A stretch of 64,000 nucleotides of DNA from Candidatus Tyrphobacter sp. (GCA_036567865.1 DATCTQ010000023.1:15995-79994), one strand, 5' to 3'. Shown: positions 1 through 11,479, numbered from the stretch's first letter. The notes: generated by a model not told the origin, from the sequence alone. Translations and numbers: made by a program.

Positions 1-1009
1 CGAATCCGCGCACGCATAGCGACAGAACGAGCAGCGAGAAGAAGAGCGAAGCGATGGTGGTCGCGAGCGGCATCGGTCTCGCACGCGTTCGAAATGCGGC
101 GCCGAGCGTCGTTGCCGTCGTGAGGAAGAGCAGCATCACGTACCGCATCGCGATGATGCTCCCGATGGCGATCGCCAGCGTCCAGAGAAGGTCGCCGATG
201 CGGACGGGATGCCGCAAACGGATGCCGCCGAGCAAACGCATCCAGAGCGGCGCGAGCGCGAGCACGGCGATGAGAACGCCGGTGGGGCTGTGCAGCGTCG
301 GCGTCCACTCGTTCACGTATCCCGCCAGATGGGCGTTGCGCGCAAGCAGAAGAGTAAATTCCCACAGATGCCATCCCAGCGGGTTGGCGAGCGTCGCGAG
401 CGCCGCCGCGACAAAGGGGAGCACGCGCCGGCGATCGAGATGCAGAGCCATCCAGAGCACGCCGATCGGAAAGGAGCCGTGCACGTTCGCCCACAGCGCG
501 AGAATCGGCACCGCGGTCCACGGCGCGCGGCGCCACACGAGGATGAGCCCCGGAAGAAGCGCCCAGACCAGCGTCTGCGCGCGGTCCTGCGCGAAGAAGA
601 CGACGCCGAGTCCCGTCGCGGCGACTTGCACGCACGCGACGAGCGGATGCGTGCGCGTGCGAACCGTCTCGTACGCAACGAAGAGCAGTCCGAAGATCAT
701 GGAGGCGCCGAAGAACAGTTCGGTTACGACGTAGAGGCCGTGCGCGCGCGTCCACGCCGTGAGCAATGCGACGAGCCATTCCTGATTCGTCCATGCCCGG
801 TCGGGAAACCAGGAGCCCTGCAGCGACTCGAGGATTCGCCCGTGGAGGAGTTGCCAATCGCCGGCGTAGAGGAGCCAGTAACGCTCCAGGTCTTTCGGCA
901 TGAGCGTCCCGGCGAGCGCGGCGCCGGCCGCGACGCACAGAACGGCAAGCACCGGAGTCCAGGCGCCGTAGGGTACGCGAGAGCGCCGGCGCACCGGCGG
1001 ATGCGGCAT
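1..1009 (-). CDS. integral membrane protein, truncated by the left window edge
   Basis: Absent from the ORF track because it runs off the edge. My reverse-strand translation from the ATG (complement of 1007-1009) reads MPHPPVRRRSRVPYGAWTPVLAVLCVAAGAALAG... It stays open to position 1 and has many hydrophobic helices (LGVVFFAQ, LIAVLALAPLW, IASLFFSLLVLSL). The plus-strand ORFs here are Arg-rich mirror frames. Confidence 0.55.
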   Translation of the reverse strand, partial: MPHPPVRRRSRVPYGAWTPVLAVLCVAAGAALAGTLMPKDLERYWLLYAGDWQLLHGRILESLQGSWFPDRAWTNQEWLVALLTAWTRAHGLYVVTELFFGASMIFGLLFVAYETVRTRTHPLVACVQVAATGLGVVFFAQDRAQTLVWALLPGLILVWRRAPWTAVPILALWANVHGSFPIGVLWMALHLDRRRVLPFVAAALATLANPLGWHLWEFTLLLARNAHLAGYVNEWTPTLHSPTGVLIAVLALAPLWMRLLGGIRLRHPVRIGDLLWTLAIAIGSIIAMRYVMLLFLTTATTLGAAFRTRARPMPLATTIASLFFSLLVLSLCVRGF

Positions 1010-1106
1010 GACGCGAGGTTCGGACGATCGAGAAGTGAACCTTGCGAAACCTCAAGTGCGCATTCTCGGTAGAAACGACGGCGTAGAGACCAATAAGGAG
1101 GAACCC

Positions 1107-1595
1107 ATGTCGAAAGGCCTCGCACTTCTCAGCCTCTCGCTACTGCTCGCGTCCGGCGCGGCTTCCGCAGCCGTGCCTCCGCAGATGGCGAGTTTGCAGT
1201 TCATGGTGGGGACCTGGAACTGCACCACGACGGCCGGTCCGACGACGATCGCCGAGGCGGAGACGATCGTCGCGCAGAATCCGCTCTGGTTGCACGGCAG
1301 CGGCACGATCACGTCGACCGGGCAGCCGGTCAGTGAAGATTTCTACGTGGGCTACGACGCGCGGCGTTCACAATGGGTGCTGATCACGATCGATTCGAAC
1401 GGGGAATACGGCATCGCAACGAGCGTGACGCCGAACTTGAGCCCGTCGACGTGGATTTCCGCCTATCCCGCGATGAGCGGTATGACCGGCACGGGTACGT
1501 TTACGAAAGTCTCCGATCGTCAATATACCGTGGATTTTTCGCAAACGGTGAACAACAAGGTGATCGGGTCACACGAGGTTTGCACGAAGCAGTAA
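1107..1595 (+). CDS. secreted hypothetical protein
   Basis: Internal ATG of ORF 1008..1595, preceded by GGAGGA. The N-terminus MSKGLALLSLSLLLASGAASAA looks like a signal peptide. Codons are GC3-rich. Confidence 0.6.
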   Translation: MSKGLALLSLSLLLASGAASAAVPPQMASLQFMVGTWNCTTTAGPTTIAEAETIVAQNPLWLHGSGTITSTGQPVSEDFYVGYDARRSQWVLITIDSNGEYGIATSVTPNLSPSTWISAYPAMSGMTGTGTFTKVSDRQYTVDFSQTVNNKVIGSHEVCTKQ

Positions 1596-1604
1596 CTGCC
1601 GCTT

Positions 1605-2114
1605 TTAGGGAATCGGTTGCCTTGCCGGCGCTGTGAGGCTCGACCATTGTCCGTGCGCGAGATCGAGGCTGCACACGATTTGTCCGTTCTCCCGATACCG
1701 CACCGTTGCCGGTAACGGCCGTGCGATCGCGACGCCCGTCCACCATTTAATTGACGACGAGGAGCGGGGCGTCGGCTTGAACGCATAGTCGAGGGTGGCG
1801 ACGTTCCCGCCGCGCGCTACGGCGTTCACGTGGAACACGTGCGAGGTGTCACCGGCATCGACGACGCGAGCTACGAGGAGAATCGCGTGTTGCGCCCAGA
1901 ACGAGTCCGGCGGCGAGAACGGCCGATGGGCACCCATCACCGGTGCCGGGTGGAAGATCTGGTTCCATTGTGCGGCCGACCCAATCGCGGCGCAGAGCGG
2001 TTTGTCGGGAGGCGTCCAATTGCCGACGAAGCTCTGGTACTGCCCGGGATCGATGGTGGGCGTAAGCGCGAGCAGCGCGACACACAAAACCGGAAACGCA
2101 GATCGTACGGACAT
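1605..2114 (-). CDS. secreted hypothetical protein
   Basis: 169-aa ORF with a signal-like N-terminus MSVRSAFPVLCVALLALTP. Convergent with the previous gene. No family recognised. Confidence 0.55.
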   Translation of the reverse strand: MSVRSAFPVLCVALLALTPTIDPGQYQSFVGNWTPPDKPLCAAIGSAAQWNQIFHPAPVMGAHRPFSPPDSFWAQHAILLVARVVDAGDTSHVFHVNAVARGGNVATLDYAFKPTPRSSSSIKWWTGVAIARPLPATVRYRENGQIVCSLDLAHGQWSSLTAPARQPIP

Positions 2115-2183
2115 CGCGGCCTCCTCTGTTGGGTCTGGGGGCTTTGTTTGGCCGTTCTGCCCGCTGCAACGCGGGTCCTCGGC

Positions 2184-3719
2184 TTAAGCCGCGCTACTGC
2201 CAAGTCGCTCCAAGCTGCGATAGTTGATCGCCTCGGCGACGTGCACGGAGAGAATTTCGGCGGAATCCGCGAGGTCGGCGATCGTGCGTGCGACGCGCAC
2301 GATGCGATCGAGCGCTCGAGCCGAAAACTGACGTTTGGCGCTCGCGTGCGCGAGCAGACACAGCGGCGCATCGCCAAGCGCGCAGTAGCGGCGCATGGCG
2401 CCCGGCGGAATCTCGGCATTGCACGTGATGCGCCCGGTTGCGAAACGATGCTGCTGCCGCTCGCGCGCCGCGACGACGCGCGAGCGAATCCCTGCTGAAC
2501 GTTCCGCATTGTCGATGCGCACCATGTCGTCGAAGGGCACGCGCGCGACCTCGACTTGCATGTCGATACGATCGAGGAGCGGCCCCGAAAGCTTGCCGAC
2601 ATACTTTGCGACGGCGGCATCGTCGCAGCGGCATTCCCCGCCGCGAGTTCCGCGATAACCGCACGGGCAGGGGTTCATCGAGGCAACGAGTTGGAAACGC
2701 GCGGGATAGGTAAACGTACCGGCGGCGCGCGCAATCGTGACCGCGCCTTCCTCGAGCGGCTGGCGAAGCACCTCGACCGCGGCGCGCGAGAATTCCGGCA
2801 ACTCGTCGAGGAACAGAACGCCGTGATGTGCGAGGCTGATCTCGCCGGGTTTGGCGAGCGTGCCGCCGCCGACGAGCGCCGTCTGGCTGATCGTGTGGTG
2901 TGGAAAGCGGAAAGGCCGCGCTCGTATGCTTCGCGCGCCGGAGAGCAATCCCGCGACGCTGTAGATCTTCGTAACTTCGAGCGCTTCGTCGCTCGTCATC
3001 GGCGGCAGAATCGAGGGAAGGCGGCGTGCGAGCATCGTCTTTCCGCAACCCGGCGGTCCCACGAAGAGCAGGTTGTGCCCGCCCGCCGCGGCGATCTCGA
3101 GTGCACGCTTTGGCCCGAGTTGTCCGCGCACGTCCGCGAGGTCGCCGTGCGCGAACTCCTCGACGCACGTGATCCCCGGTGCGCTCGTGCGATGGCGCCA
3201 AGCGGCGCCGTTTCCGAGGATTACCGCGACCGCCGATTGGAGGCTATCGACGGCATACAACTCGACGCCGCCGACGAGAGCGGCCTCTTCGACGTTGCGC
3301 TGCGGAACGATCAACGTGCGAAAGCCCGCGCTGCGCGCTCCGAGCACCATCGGCAGAATGCCGCTGACGGGACGAAGGCTACCGTCGAGCGCGAGTTCGC
3401 CGAGCGCGATGATCTCGCGCAACGCCGCGCGACCGATCTGCTCGTCGATCGCCATGAGCGCGAGCGCGATCGCGAGGTCGAAGGCCGGTCCCTCCTTGCG
3501 CACGTCCGCAGGAGAAAGGTTCACGAGCAGACGCCCCGCCGGATACGTGAAGCCGGAGTTGAATATCGCGCTACGCACCCGCTCGCGCGCCTCGTTCAGC
3601 GCTCGGTCCGGTAGCCCAATGATCGAGAACGCCGGGCTCCCCGGCGAACTATCCGCTTCGACACGAACGACGTAGCCTTCGATGCCGAGCATTCCGGCCG
3701 CAAACGCGATCGAGAGCAT
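2184..3719 (-). CDS. comM: YifB/ComM family Mg-chelatase-like AAA+ ATPase
   Basis: 511 aa. The Lon-protease-like N-domain has GLPDRALNEARERVRSAI. Walker A is FVGPPGCGKTM and Walker B is VLFLDELPEF. A C-terminal Mg-chelatase domain is present. Confidence 0.9.
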   Translation of the reverse strand: MLSIAFAAGMLGIEGYVVRVEADSSPGSPAFSIIGLPDRALNEARERVRSAIFNSGFTYPAGRLLVNLSPADVRKEGPAFDLAIALALMAIDEQIGRAALREIIALGELALDGSLRPVSGILPMVLGARSAGFRTLIVPQRNVEEAALVGGVELYAVDSLQSAVAVILGNGAAWRHRTSAPGITCVEEFAHGDLADVRGQLGPKRALEIAAAGGHNLLFVGPPGCGKTMLARRLPSILPPMTSDEALEVTKIYSVAGLLSGARSIRARPFRFPHHTISQTALVGGGTLAKPGEISLAHHGVLFLDELPEFSRAAVEVLRQPLEEGAVTIARAAGTFTYPARFQLVASMNPCPCGYRGTRGGECRCDDAAVAKYVGKLSGPLLDRIDMQVEVARVPFDDMVRIDNAERSAGIRSRVVAARERQQHRFATGRITCNAEIPPGAMRRYCALGDAPLCLLAHASAKRQFSARALDRIVRVARTIADLADSAEILSVHVAEAINYRSLERLGSSAA

Positions 3720-3751
3720 GGCGCGCTCACCCTCTGCGCCGTTCGGGCGGA

Positions 3752-5593
3752 ATGACTAGGGGCGTGCGTGCTCTCGGTCACAAGGAAGCATCTGCGCGGC
3801 GTGGGAAGGTGACGTTCGTGCAAGGCGCCTATAATCGGCTGCTCTTGGTCGTCGCGGGGCTGGGCGGCCTGCTCTACGGCATCGACGTCGGCATCATCCA
3901 AGGCGCACTACCGTATCTGACGGCCACCTCCGGTTTTAGCCCTGGGCGGCTCTCCTTCGTGGTTGCGGCGGTGCTGCTCGGCAGCGTCATCTCGGTGCTC
4001 TTTGCGGGGCTGCTCTCGGATTGGCTGGGGCGCAGACGATTGATGATCCTCACGGCGTTGATGTTCTGCGTCAGCGTTCCGATGATCGCGCTCTCGCACG
4101 GTTTTTGGGCGCTCGTAGGCGGGCGGTTGTTGCAGGGCATGAGCGGCGGTCTCATCGGCGTGGTCGTTCCGCTGTACCTGGCGGAATGCCTGAGTTCGAA
4201 GGATCGCGGCAAGGGCACCGGCATGTTCCAGTGGCTGCTGGTCTTCGGCTTCGTCCTTTCGAGTCTCATCACGTTGTTTTTCAGCCGCGCACTCGCGCAA
4301 ATGGCGCAGCACGCCTCTGCGGCGCAGATCTTCGCGTTCGAAGACCACGCTTGGCGCGATACATTCTGGCTCTCGCTTCCCGTGGGCATGCTCTTCTTGA
4401 TCGGCGGATTCGTGATGGCCGAGTCGCCGCGCTGGCTTTTCCGGCGCGGAGAAAAGGACGCCGCGCTCGCCGCGCTCCTTCGCTCCCGCGATCCAGAGCA
4501 GGCAAATCTCGAGTTGCGCGAGATGGACGAGACGACGGCGGCAGAGCGTGTGAAGAGTTCGAGCGGGGGGAGACTTCGAGAATCGCTGTTACGCCGCAAA
4601 TACGCGATCCCGTTCGTCCTCGCGTGTGTCATATTGACGTGCAATCAGCTCACGGGCATCAACTCCATCATTCCATACAATACGACCATTCTGTTGCAGG
4701 CCGGCCTGAACGATTTCCAAGCCCACGTGGGTAGTTTCTTTTTTAGCATCGTCAACTTCCTGATGACGCTCGTCGCGGTGATCCTGGTGGACCGCATGGG
4801 CCGAAAGTACTTGCTCACGTTGGGCAGCGCCGGCATCATCCTCTCCTTGGTTGGAACGGGCATCCTCTTCCATCGCACGGAGGCGCGGCACGTCGACGTC
4901 ACCGCGGTCGTGAAGACCATGGTCAAGCCCGATCAAACGCTGACGCTCCAATTCGGCGGCGCTGCCGCCAAAAGGCTTTTGGCCGGCGCCGGTAGGACGT
5001 CGAACGGGCAGCCCCAGTCGCTGGTCATCAGCTACGCATATGGTGACTTCAGTTCATCGACGAACGCCGTGCGCTCCGACGATTTGACGAAGCCGATCCA
5101 AATAACGCGCGCCGTCCCGGATAATCGTATCGAGGCGCTGCTTGCGGGTTCGAGCAGTCCGTTCGGCAACATCGACGCTGCGCGAACGGCGCCGCTGCGA
5201 ATCGTTTCGGCGTACGTCACGCCGGTGCCGAGTGCGGCCAACGGCTGGCTCGTCGCCGCTACGCTCTACCTGTTCATGGCGTTTTTCGCAGTGGGTCCCG
5301 GCGTCGTCGTATGGCTGGCGCTCTCCGAACTCATGCCGACGCGCATTCGCTCCAACGGCATGAGCATCGCGCTTTTCCTCAACCAGGGAACCTCGACGAC
5401 GATTGCCGCAATCTTTCTCCCGACCGTCGCCAGGCACGGATATGCGGTCATGTTCTTCGCCTTTGCCGCCTTTACGGTGGTCTACTTCGTGACGGCGGCG
5501 TTCTTCTTACCGGAGACCAAGGGCAAGACGCTCGAAGAGATCGAGTCGCAGTTCGACCCAGCCGCGGGCGCGCAGGCGGCCCCAGCGAGTTGA
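3752..5593 (+). CDS. MFS sugar-porter family transporter with a large loop insertion
   Basis: Sugar-porter signatures: GLLYGIDVGIIQGALPYL, GRLLQGMSGG, PESPRWLFRRG, NQLTGINSI, VDRMGRKYLL, SELMPTRIRS, LPETKGKTLEEIE. The true start may be an internal GTG near 3809 or 3818. Confidence 0.85.
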   Translation: MTRGVRALGHKEASARRGKVTFVQGAYNRLLLVVAGLGGLLYGIDVGIIQGALPYLTATSGFSPGRLSFVVAAVLLGSVISVLFAGLLSDWLGRRRLMILTALMFCVSVPMIALSHGFWALVGGRLLQGMSGGLIGVVVPLYLAECLSSKDRGKGTGMFQWLLVFGFVLSSLITLFFSRALAQMAQHASAAQIFAFEDHAWRDTFWLSLPVGMLFLIGGFVMAESPRWLFRRGEKDAALAALLRSRDPEQANLELREMDETTAAERVKSSSGGRLRESLLRRKYAIPFVLACVILTCNQLTGINSIIPYNTTILLQAGLNDFQAHVGSFFFSIVNFLMTLVAVILVDRMGRKYLLTLGSAGIILSLVGTGILFHRTEARHVDVTAVVKTMVKPDQTLTLQFGGAAAKRLLAGAGRTSNGQPQSLVISYAYGDFSSSTNAVRSDDLTKPIQITRAVPDNRIEALLAGSSSPFGNIDAARTAPLRIVSAYVTPVPSAANGWLVAATLYLFMAFFAVGPGVVVWLALSELMPTRIRSNGMSIALFLNQGTSTTIAAIFLPTVARHGYAVMFFAFAAFTVVYFVTAAFFLPETKGKTLEEIESQFDPAAGAQAAPAS

Positions 5594-5697
5594 GTGCCAT
5601 TGTTGCGGCACACTCTCTCCACACGATGCACAAGGCGAAAGTCGCCGGCTGTGGATAGGGCGCCTCGAAGGCCCGCGCAGGCGGCAGGCAAAAATCG

Positions 5698-6645
5698 GTG
5701 CGAATGAAGTCCGCCAGTCTTTCCGCCGCCGTTCTTTGCCTTGCGCTCGCCGCTTGCTCTCACGCGACGTCGCAGTCGCAATCGAGCGCGCCTCCGGGCG
5801 TAAAACGCATCGGCGTTTCGATCCAGAATCGGGAGGCGCAGTTCTATCAGGACATGGAAGCCGGCATGCGCGCCGAGGCCGCAAAGTACGGATACTCGCT
5901 GAGCGTCGTCGACGCGAATCGCGACAACGCGCTGCAGCAGAGCCAGGTCGAGGATTTCATCTCGCAGCGCGACGATGCGATCGTGCTCACGCCGTATGAT
6001 TCTCAGGCGATCGGAAGCGCGATCGCCGAGGCGAACCAGGCGAATATTCCGGTCTTCACCGCCGACATCGCGAGCACGAGCAGGCTGGGCGCGGTCATCG
6101 CCCACGTGGCGAGCGACAACGTGCAGGGCGGCTTTCAGGCCGGAAAACTGATGTGCGCCGCGGTCGGGAGGACTGGTCAGGTCGCCATCATCGACGAGCC
6201 CGAGGTAACGAGCGTGCAGGATCGCGTGCGCGGATTCCGCCAGGCGCTCGCGCAGTTGTGCCCGGGCGTGACGATCGTTGCGGTCGTCGACGCCGGCGGC
6301 CAGCGTGACAGAGCCGAAAGCGACACGAGCGACATCCTCCAATCGCATCGCGATATCGCGGGCATCTTCGGCATCAACGACGATTCTGCGCTCGGCGCGC
6401 TGACCGCGGTGAAAGCGGCGAATCTCATCGGCAAGGTCGCGATAGTCGGGTACGATGCGACGCCGGAGGCGCGCGCCGCAATTGCTGCCGGACAGATGTA
6501 CGGCGATGCCGTGCAGTATCCGCAGCAGATCGGAAGGGACACGATCGATGCGATTCACGCATACTTCTCCGGGAAGCAGCCCCCGAAGTTCGTGAAGGTC
6601 AACGTCGGTGCGTATACCCGGGCCGACGCCGGGAAGGCTCCGTAA
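5698..6645 (+). CDS. sugar ABC transporter substrate-binding lipoprotein (ribose/galactose-binding type)
   Basis: Signal peptide with lipobox LALAAC. Type-I periplasmic-binding-protein pattern (IGVSIQN, DAIVLTP, IPVFTADI, VGYDATPEA). It sits directly upstream of the ABC ATPase and permease genes. Confidence 0.85.
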   Translation: MRMKSASLSAAVLCLALAACSHATSQSQSSAPPGVKRIGVSIQNREAQFYQDMEAGMRAEAAKYGYSLSVVDANRDNALQQSQVEDFISQRDDAIVLTPYDSQAIGSAIAEANQANIPVFTADIASTSRLGAVIAHVASDNVQGGFQAGKLMCAAVGRTGQVAIIDEPEVTSVQDRVRGFRQALAQLCPGVTIVAVVDAGGQRDRAESDTSDILQSHRDIAGIFGINDDSALGALTAVKAANLIGKVAIVGYDATPEARAAIAAGQMYGDAVQYPQQIGRDTIDAIHAYFSGKQPPKFVKVNVGAYTRADAGKAP

Positions 6646-6668
6646 TTCCTCCGGTTCCCCTGCTCGAA

Positions 6669-8143
<1,475 letters not shown>

Positions 8144-8147
<4 letters not shown>

Positions 8148-9157
8148 AGGAGCCTACGAAGCGCGAGGCGCGCGCCTATTGGCTGCGCGTCCTTGCCGCC
8201 GCCGCCGTCTTCGTCTTGTTCATCGTCGTGATCAACACCGCGGCGCACGGTGCGTTCCTGCGCCCCGGAAACATCGTCACGGTCCTGCGCCAGATTACGT
8301 ACAATTTCATCCTGGCGATCGGGGAAACGTTCGTCATTATCACCGCCGGTATCGATCTCTCGATCGGCTCGCTCGTCTCGCTCTGCGGCGTGGTCATGGC
8401 GCTCGTCGCGAACTCGCTGCATCTCACCGGCTTTCCGCTGATTGCCGTGACCTTGCTCGCGGGTCTTGGAGTCGGAGCGCTCGCCGGCTACACGAACGCC
8501 CTGCCGGTCGTGAAGCTGAATCTGCCGCCGTTCATCACGACGCTTGCGATGATGCAGGTCGCCCTCGGCATCTCGTACATCCTCTCCGGCGGACGTCCCA
8601 TCGCCCTGGGTGTCACGGACTTTCAGAACACGGGCTACGGCTCGTTTCTCGGTGGCGTGACGCGCGCGTTGCATCTGCCGGGCATTCCCGTGCCGGTGAT
8701 CTGGATGCTCGTCGCCGGAGTGTTCTTTTCGACGCTCTTGATGCGCACACGCTTCGGGCGTTACGTGCTTGCCATCGGCGGAAACGAGGAAGCCTCGCGA
8801 CTCGCCGGCATCGACGTCGGAAAGACGAAGACGCTCGTCTACGTCATCAGCGGCCTCTGTGCGGCGATCGTCGGCTTTCTCTACCTCGCGCTCTTCTCGT
8901 CCGGCTCGCCGCAGACCGGAACGGGCAACGAGATGCTCGCTGCGATCGCCGCCGTTGTCGTCGGTGGAACGAGCCTCATGGGCGGCCGCGGCACGATCGT
9001 GGGCACGTTCTTCGGCGCGCTCTTGATCGGCTCGCTCAACAACGCCATGAATCTGCTGAACATCGATTCGTATTTGCAGATGGTCGTGCTGGGCGCCGTC
9101 ATCCTCTTGGCCGTCGCGCTCGACGAGCTGCGAAAGCGCTACCTGTTGCGGAGTTGA
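8144..9157 (+). CDS. sugar ABC transporter permease (ribose/xylose type)
   Basis: GTG at 8144 overlaps the ATPase stop codon (GTGA). Multi-TM protein with TAGIDLSIGS and GGTSLMGGRGT motifs. The Arg-rich N-terminal extension of ORF 7880..9157 is rejected. Confidence 0.9.
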
Positions 9158-9190
9158 TACGAGACCGCCGGGATTGGGGACCATGAGGGC

Positions 9191-9937
9191 ATGCTTCCTG
9201 CAGCGGTCCCGCCCGTGGTCGCCCGCATCGCCCGGCAGTTCGAGCGAACCGGCAGAGGCGTTGTCGCCTTCCGGCTTCATCGCTCCCTATTCGTTCACGC
9301 GGGGCCGATGAGCCGCAACGACGATCTGATCTTCGACGGTATCTCCGAGAACGGCAAGCTCGTCAAGGTGCGCGTGCTGCGCGATACGATCGGAAACCGC
9401 GCCGCCCCCGCGAGTGAGATCCGGAACCTCGAGGAATCATACGAGCATCCCAAGCCGGGCGACGTTTTCGAAGCGCCCTTCGATCCGCGCTACGTGGGCC
9501 TGTATCGCTTTCGAAGTCTACGGACCGGAACGATCGCGTTCACGCCGATTCGCCCCGCATACGGCCGTGGAAGCGGCACGTTCTCGTACGATGCGCGCGA
9601 GAACGTCGTCGCTTACTCGTACGCTCCAAGCGTTCTGCCGCCGCACGCGAGCGCGGGGAGCGTACAAGATCGGCGCACCCAGGTTCTGCCGAACTATTGG
9701 GCGGTGACGCTGGAGAGACAAACCTATCGCGGCAGATACGGTCTGTGGTCCGGGGGCGCGAGTGTCCAGATTACCGTCTCGGCCTTTGGCAGGCTGCGAA
9801 GAAAGACTCTCGGCACCGCCTCGAACCCGCCTGTTCCGCCGAGAACTTCGTCGACTCTTCGGTCACAACGCTACTACGTTGCTCCCTCATCGCTCCTCGT
9901 TTCGACGAAACATTCGGGCCCGATCCGGACACCGTGA
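9191..9937 (+). CDS. hypothetical protein
   Basis: 248-aa ORF with reasonable composition over residues 40-190. The C-terminal roughly 50 aa are low-complexity and Pro/Ser/Arg-rich, so the 3' end is doubtful. Confidence 0.4.
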   Translation: MLPAAVPPVVARIARQFERTGRGVVAFRLHRSLFVHAGPMSRNDDLIFDGISENGKLVKVRVLRDTIGNRAAPASEIRNLEESYEHPKPGDVFEAPFDPRYVGLYRFRSLRTGTIAFTPIRPAYGRGSGTFSYDARENVVAYSYAPSVLPPHASAGSVQDRRTQVLPNYWAVTLERQTYRGRYGLWSGGASVQITVSAFGRLRRKTLGTASNPPVPPRTSSTLRSQRYYVAPSSLLVSTKHSGPIRTP

Positions 9938-9954
9938 GTCTTTTCCGCAGCCTG

Positions 9955-10629
9955 CTAGAACGGGAAGTCGTTCTGCGTCAGTCCGACGTTGGTCCGGATA
10001 TCCGAATACGTCTGATCGAGCACCACCGCATCGCCGACATAGAGCAACTGCCGGATCGGGAAATGCGATGCCTTGCTCAAATAGAGCACCTGCTTCGTGA
10101 TCCCGTGATTGGATGCCGGATCGGTGACGTCGAGTTCGAGGCGATCCGTGGGCTGGCCCGTGACGATGCCGCCGTCGGTTTGAGTGAGTCTACCGGGCAC
10201 GCCGACGTACGTCTGGATCACGTTCTGCATCAGGCCGTCAGGGATGGTGTAGCCGCGAATCGAGGTTGCGCGCCCGTCGTGGATGCTGATCTTGAGATGG
10301 ATGCCGGAGAGAAACCCGCCCTGATGTCCGCTGACCTGGTCGCCGCCCGCCCAGACTCCCCCCGAGCCCTGCCCGTCGCCCGACTCGATGAGCGTCTTCG
10401 CAAAGTGCGGCTTCATGAAGGAGTAATCGTAGATACGATCCTGGACGCGAGAGCCCAGCGTCTCGTGGGAGTGCAGTTTGTACGTGTAGTCGTTCACCGA
10501 CGCGAACGCCTGATGGAACGCGTCGATCGCGGGCGCGGTATTGTCGGCCGCGGCATGTGCGAAGCCGGCGCAAAGGGCTGCGGCCAAGATCGCGGTGAGG
10601 GCTGGCAGTGAGTGACGGCAATGAAACAT
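9955..10629 (-). CDS. secreted hypothetical protein (possibly lipoprotein-carrier/LolA-like fold)
   Basis: 224 aa with a signal peptide LPALTAILAAALCAGFAHAAA. The composition is beta-rich. The fold assignment is only a guess. Confidence 0.55.
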   Translation of the reverse strand: MFHCRHSLPALTAILAAALCAGFAHAAADNTAPAIDAFHQAFASVNDYTYKLHSHETLGSRVQDRIYDYSFMKPHFAKTLIESGDGQGSGGVWAGGDQVSGHQGGFLSGIHLKISIHDGRATSIRGYTIPDGLMQNVIQTYVGVPGRLTQTDGGIVTGQPTDRLELDVTDPASNHGITKQVLYLSKASHFPIRQLLYVGDAVVLDQTYSDIRTNVGLTQNDFPF

Positions 10630-10652
10630 AAAATGAACGCCTCCTTGTATGA

Positions 10653-11297
10653 CTACGAAATGGGTGGCCCGGTCGTTTCGGCTCCTCGAGCGGCCTCATC
10701 CATGAGAATGGTTCCATGCTTGCCTTCGACGCCGATGAGCACGTCGCATTTGGCATCGGCGGCAATCTCTTCGATGGTCCGGCTCAGTGGGGCACCGACG
10801 TACTTTCCCTCCCGATGATCTCCGACGATCAACAGATTGGCCCGTTCGCGTTTGGCGATATCGAGCACGACTTGTTTCGTCGAACGCGCCTTGACGATCT
10901 CCGTTCGGATGGAGATGCCGTTGTTCTTCGCGATGGTTTCGGCTGCGCCCAACGCGTCGAGCGCGGCGCGCTCCTCCGAGGGCATCTCTGCATCGGGAGG
11001 GAGCGTGTACGGCATCTCGATCACGTAGATCGCGAGCAGATCCGAGCGTTCTCCCCGCGCAAGCTTCGCCGCGAGAGCCATCATGTGGCCGGAGGCGATC
11101 TCGGGCGTGAAGACGACGATGATCGAACCAACCATTCGCTCGAGTTCGCTCTCGGCCTCTTTCGCTCGGCGTTCTACGAAGGAGGCCGGTGGGTGGAGCA
11201 TCCACCAGAAGGTCGTCCCGATGGAGGCCGCGACCAGGAGCGCGGCGAGGGCGCCGGCCAGCGTTACCTGGATTGTGGATATCTCAGGCGCCGGCAT
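10653..11297 (-). CDS. universal stress protein (UspA family) with N-terminal TM anchor
   Basis: TM segment VTLAGALAALLVAASIGTTFWW, followed by a USP domain (IIVVFTPE..., ANLLIVGDHREGKYVGAPLSRTIEEIAADAKCDVLIGV). Confidence 0.75.
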   Translation of the reverse strand: MPAPEISTIQVTLAGALAALLVAASIGTTFWWMLHPPASFVERRAKEAESELERMVGSIIVVFTPEIASGHMMALAAKLARGERSDLLAIYVIEMPYTLPPDAEMPSEERAALDALGAAETIAKNNGISIRTEIVKARSTKQVVLDIAKRERANLLIVGDHREGKYVGAPLSRTIEEIAADAKCDVLIGVEGKHGTILMDEAARGAETTGPPIS

Positions 11298-11478
11298 TTC
11301 GCCACACGCGCACGATCAGCGCGATCCGGTGCACGCCGAGCGTGATCATCGCAAGACCGAGAACGACGCCCGGCACGATTCGCAAGCCGGCCTGCGGAGC
11401 GTATGCCAGGAGACGCACGGCGACGATCGTCCCGAACACGACGAACCCGGCGGCGAGCGCGCTCCGTAGAATCAACAT
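11284..11478 (-). CDS. small two-TM membrane protein
   Basis: Internal ATG of ORF 11284..11595, 1 nt after the permease stop. Reads MLILRSALAAGFVVFGTIVAV...VVLGLAMITLGV. It overlaps the downstream USP start. Confidence 0.4.
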   Translation of the reverse strand: MLILRSALAAGFVVFGTIVAVRLLAYAPQAGLRIVPGVVLGLAMITLGVHRIALIVRVWRNAGA

Positions 11479-11479
11479 C

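Noticed and set aside
54-1072. Plus-strand ORFs 54..734 and 209..1072 at the left edge
   Set aside because: The composition is Arg/Ala-rich with no motifs. The opposite strand encodes a continuous, hydrophobic, helix-rich membrane protein that is open to the window edge.
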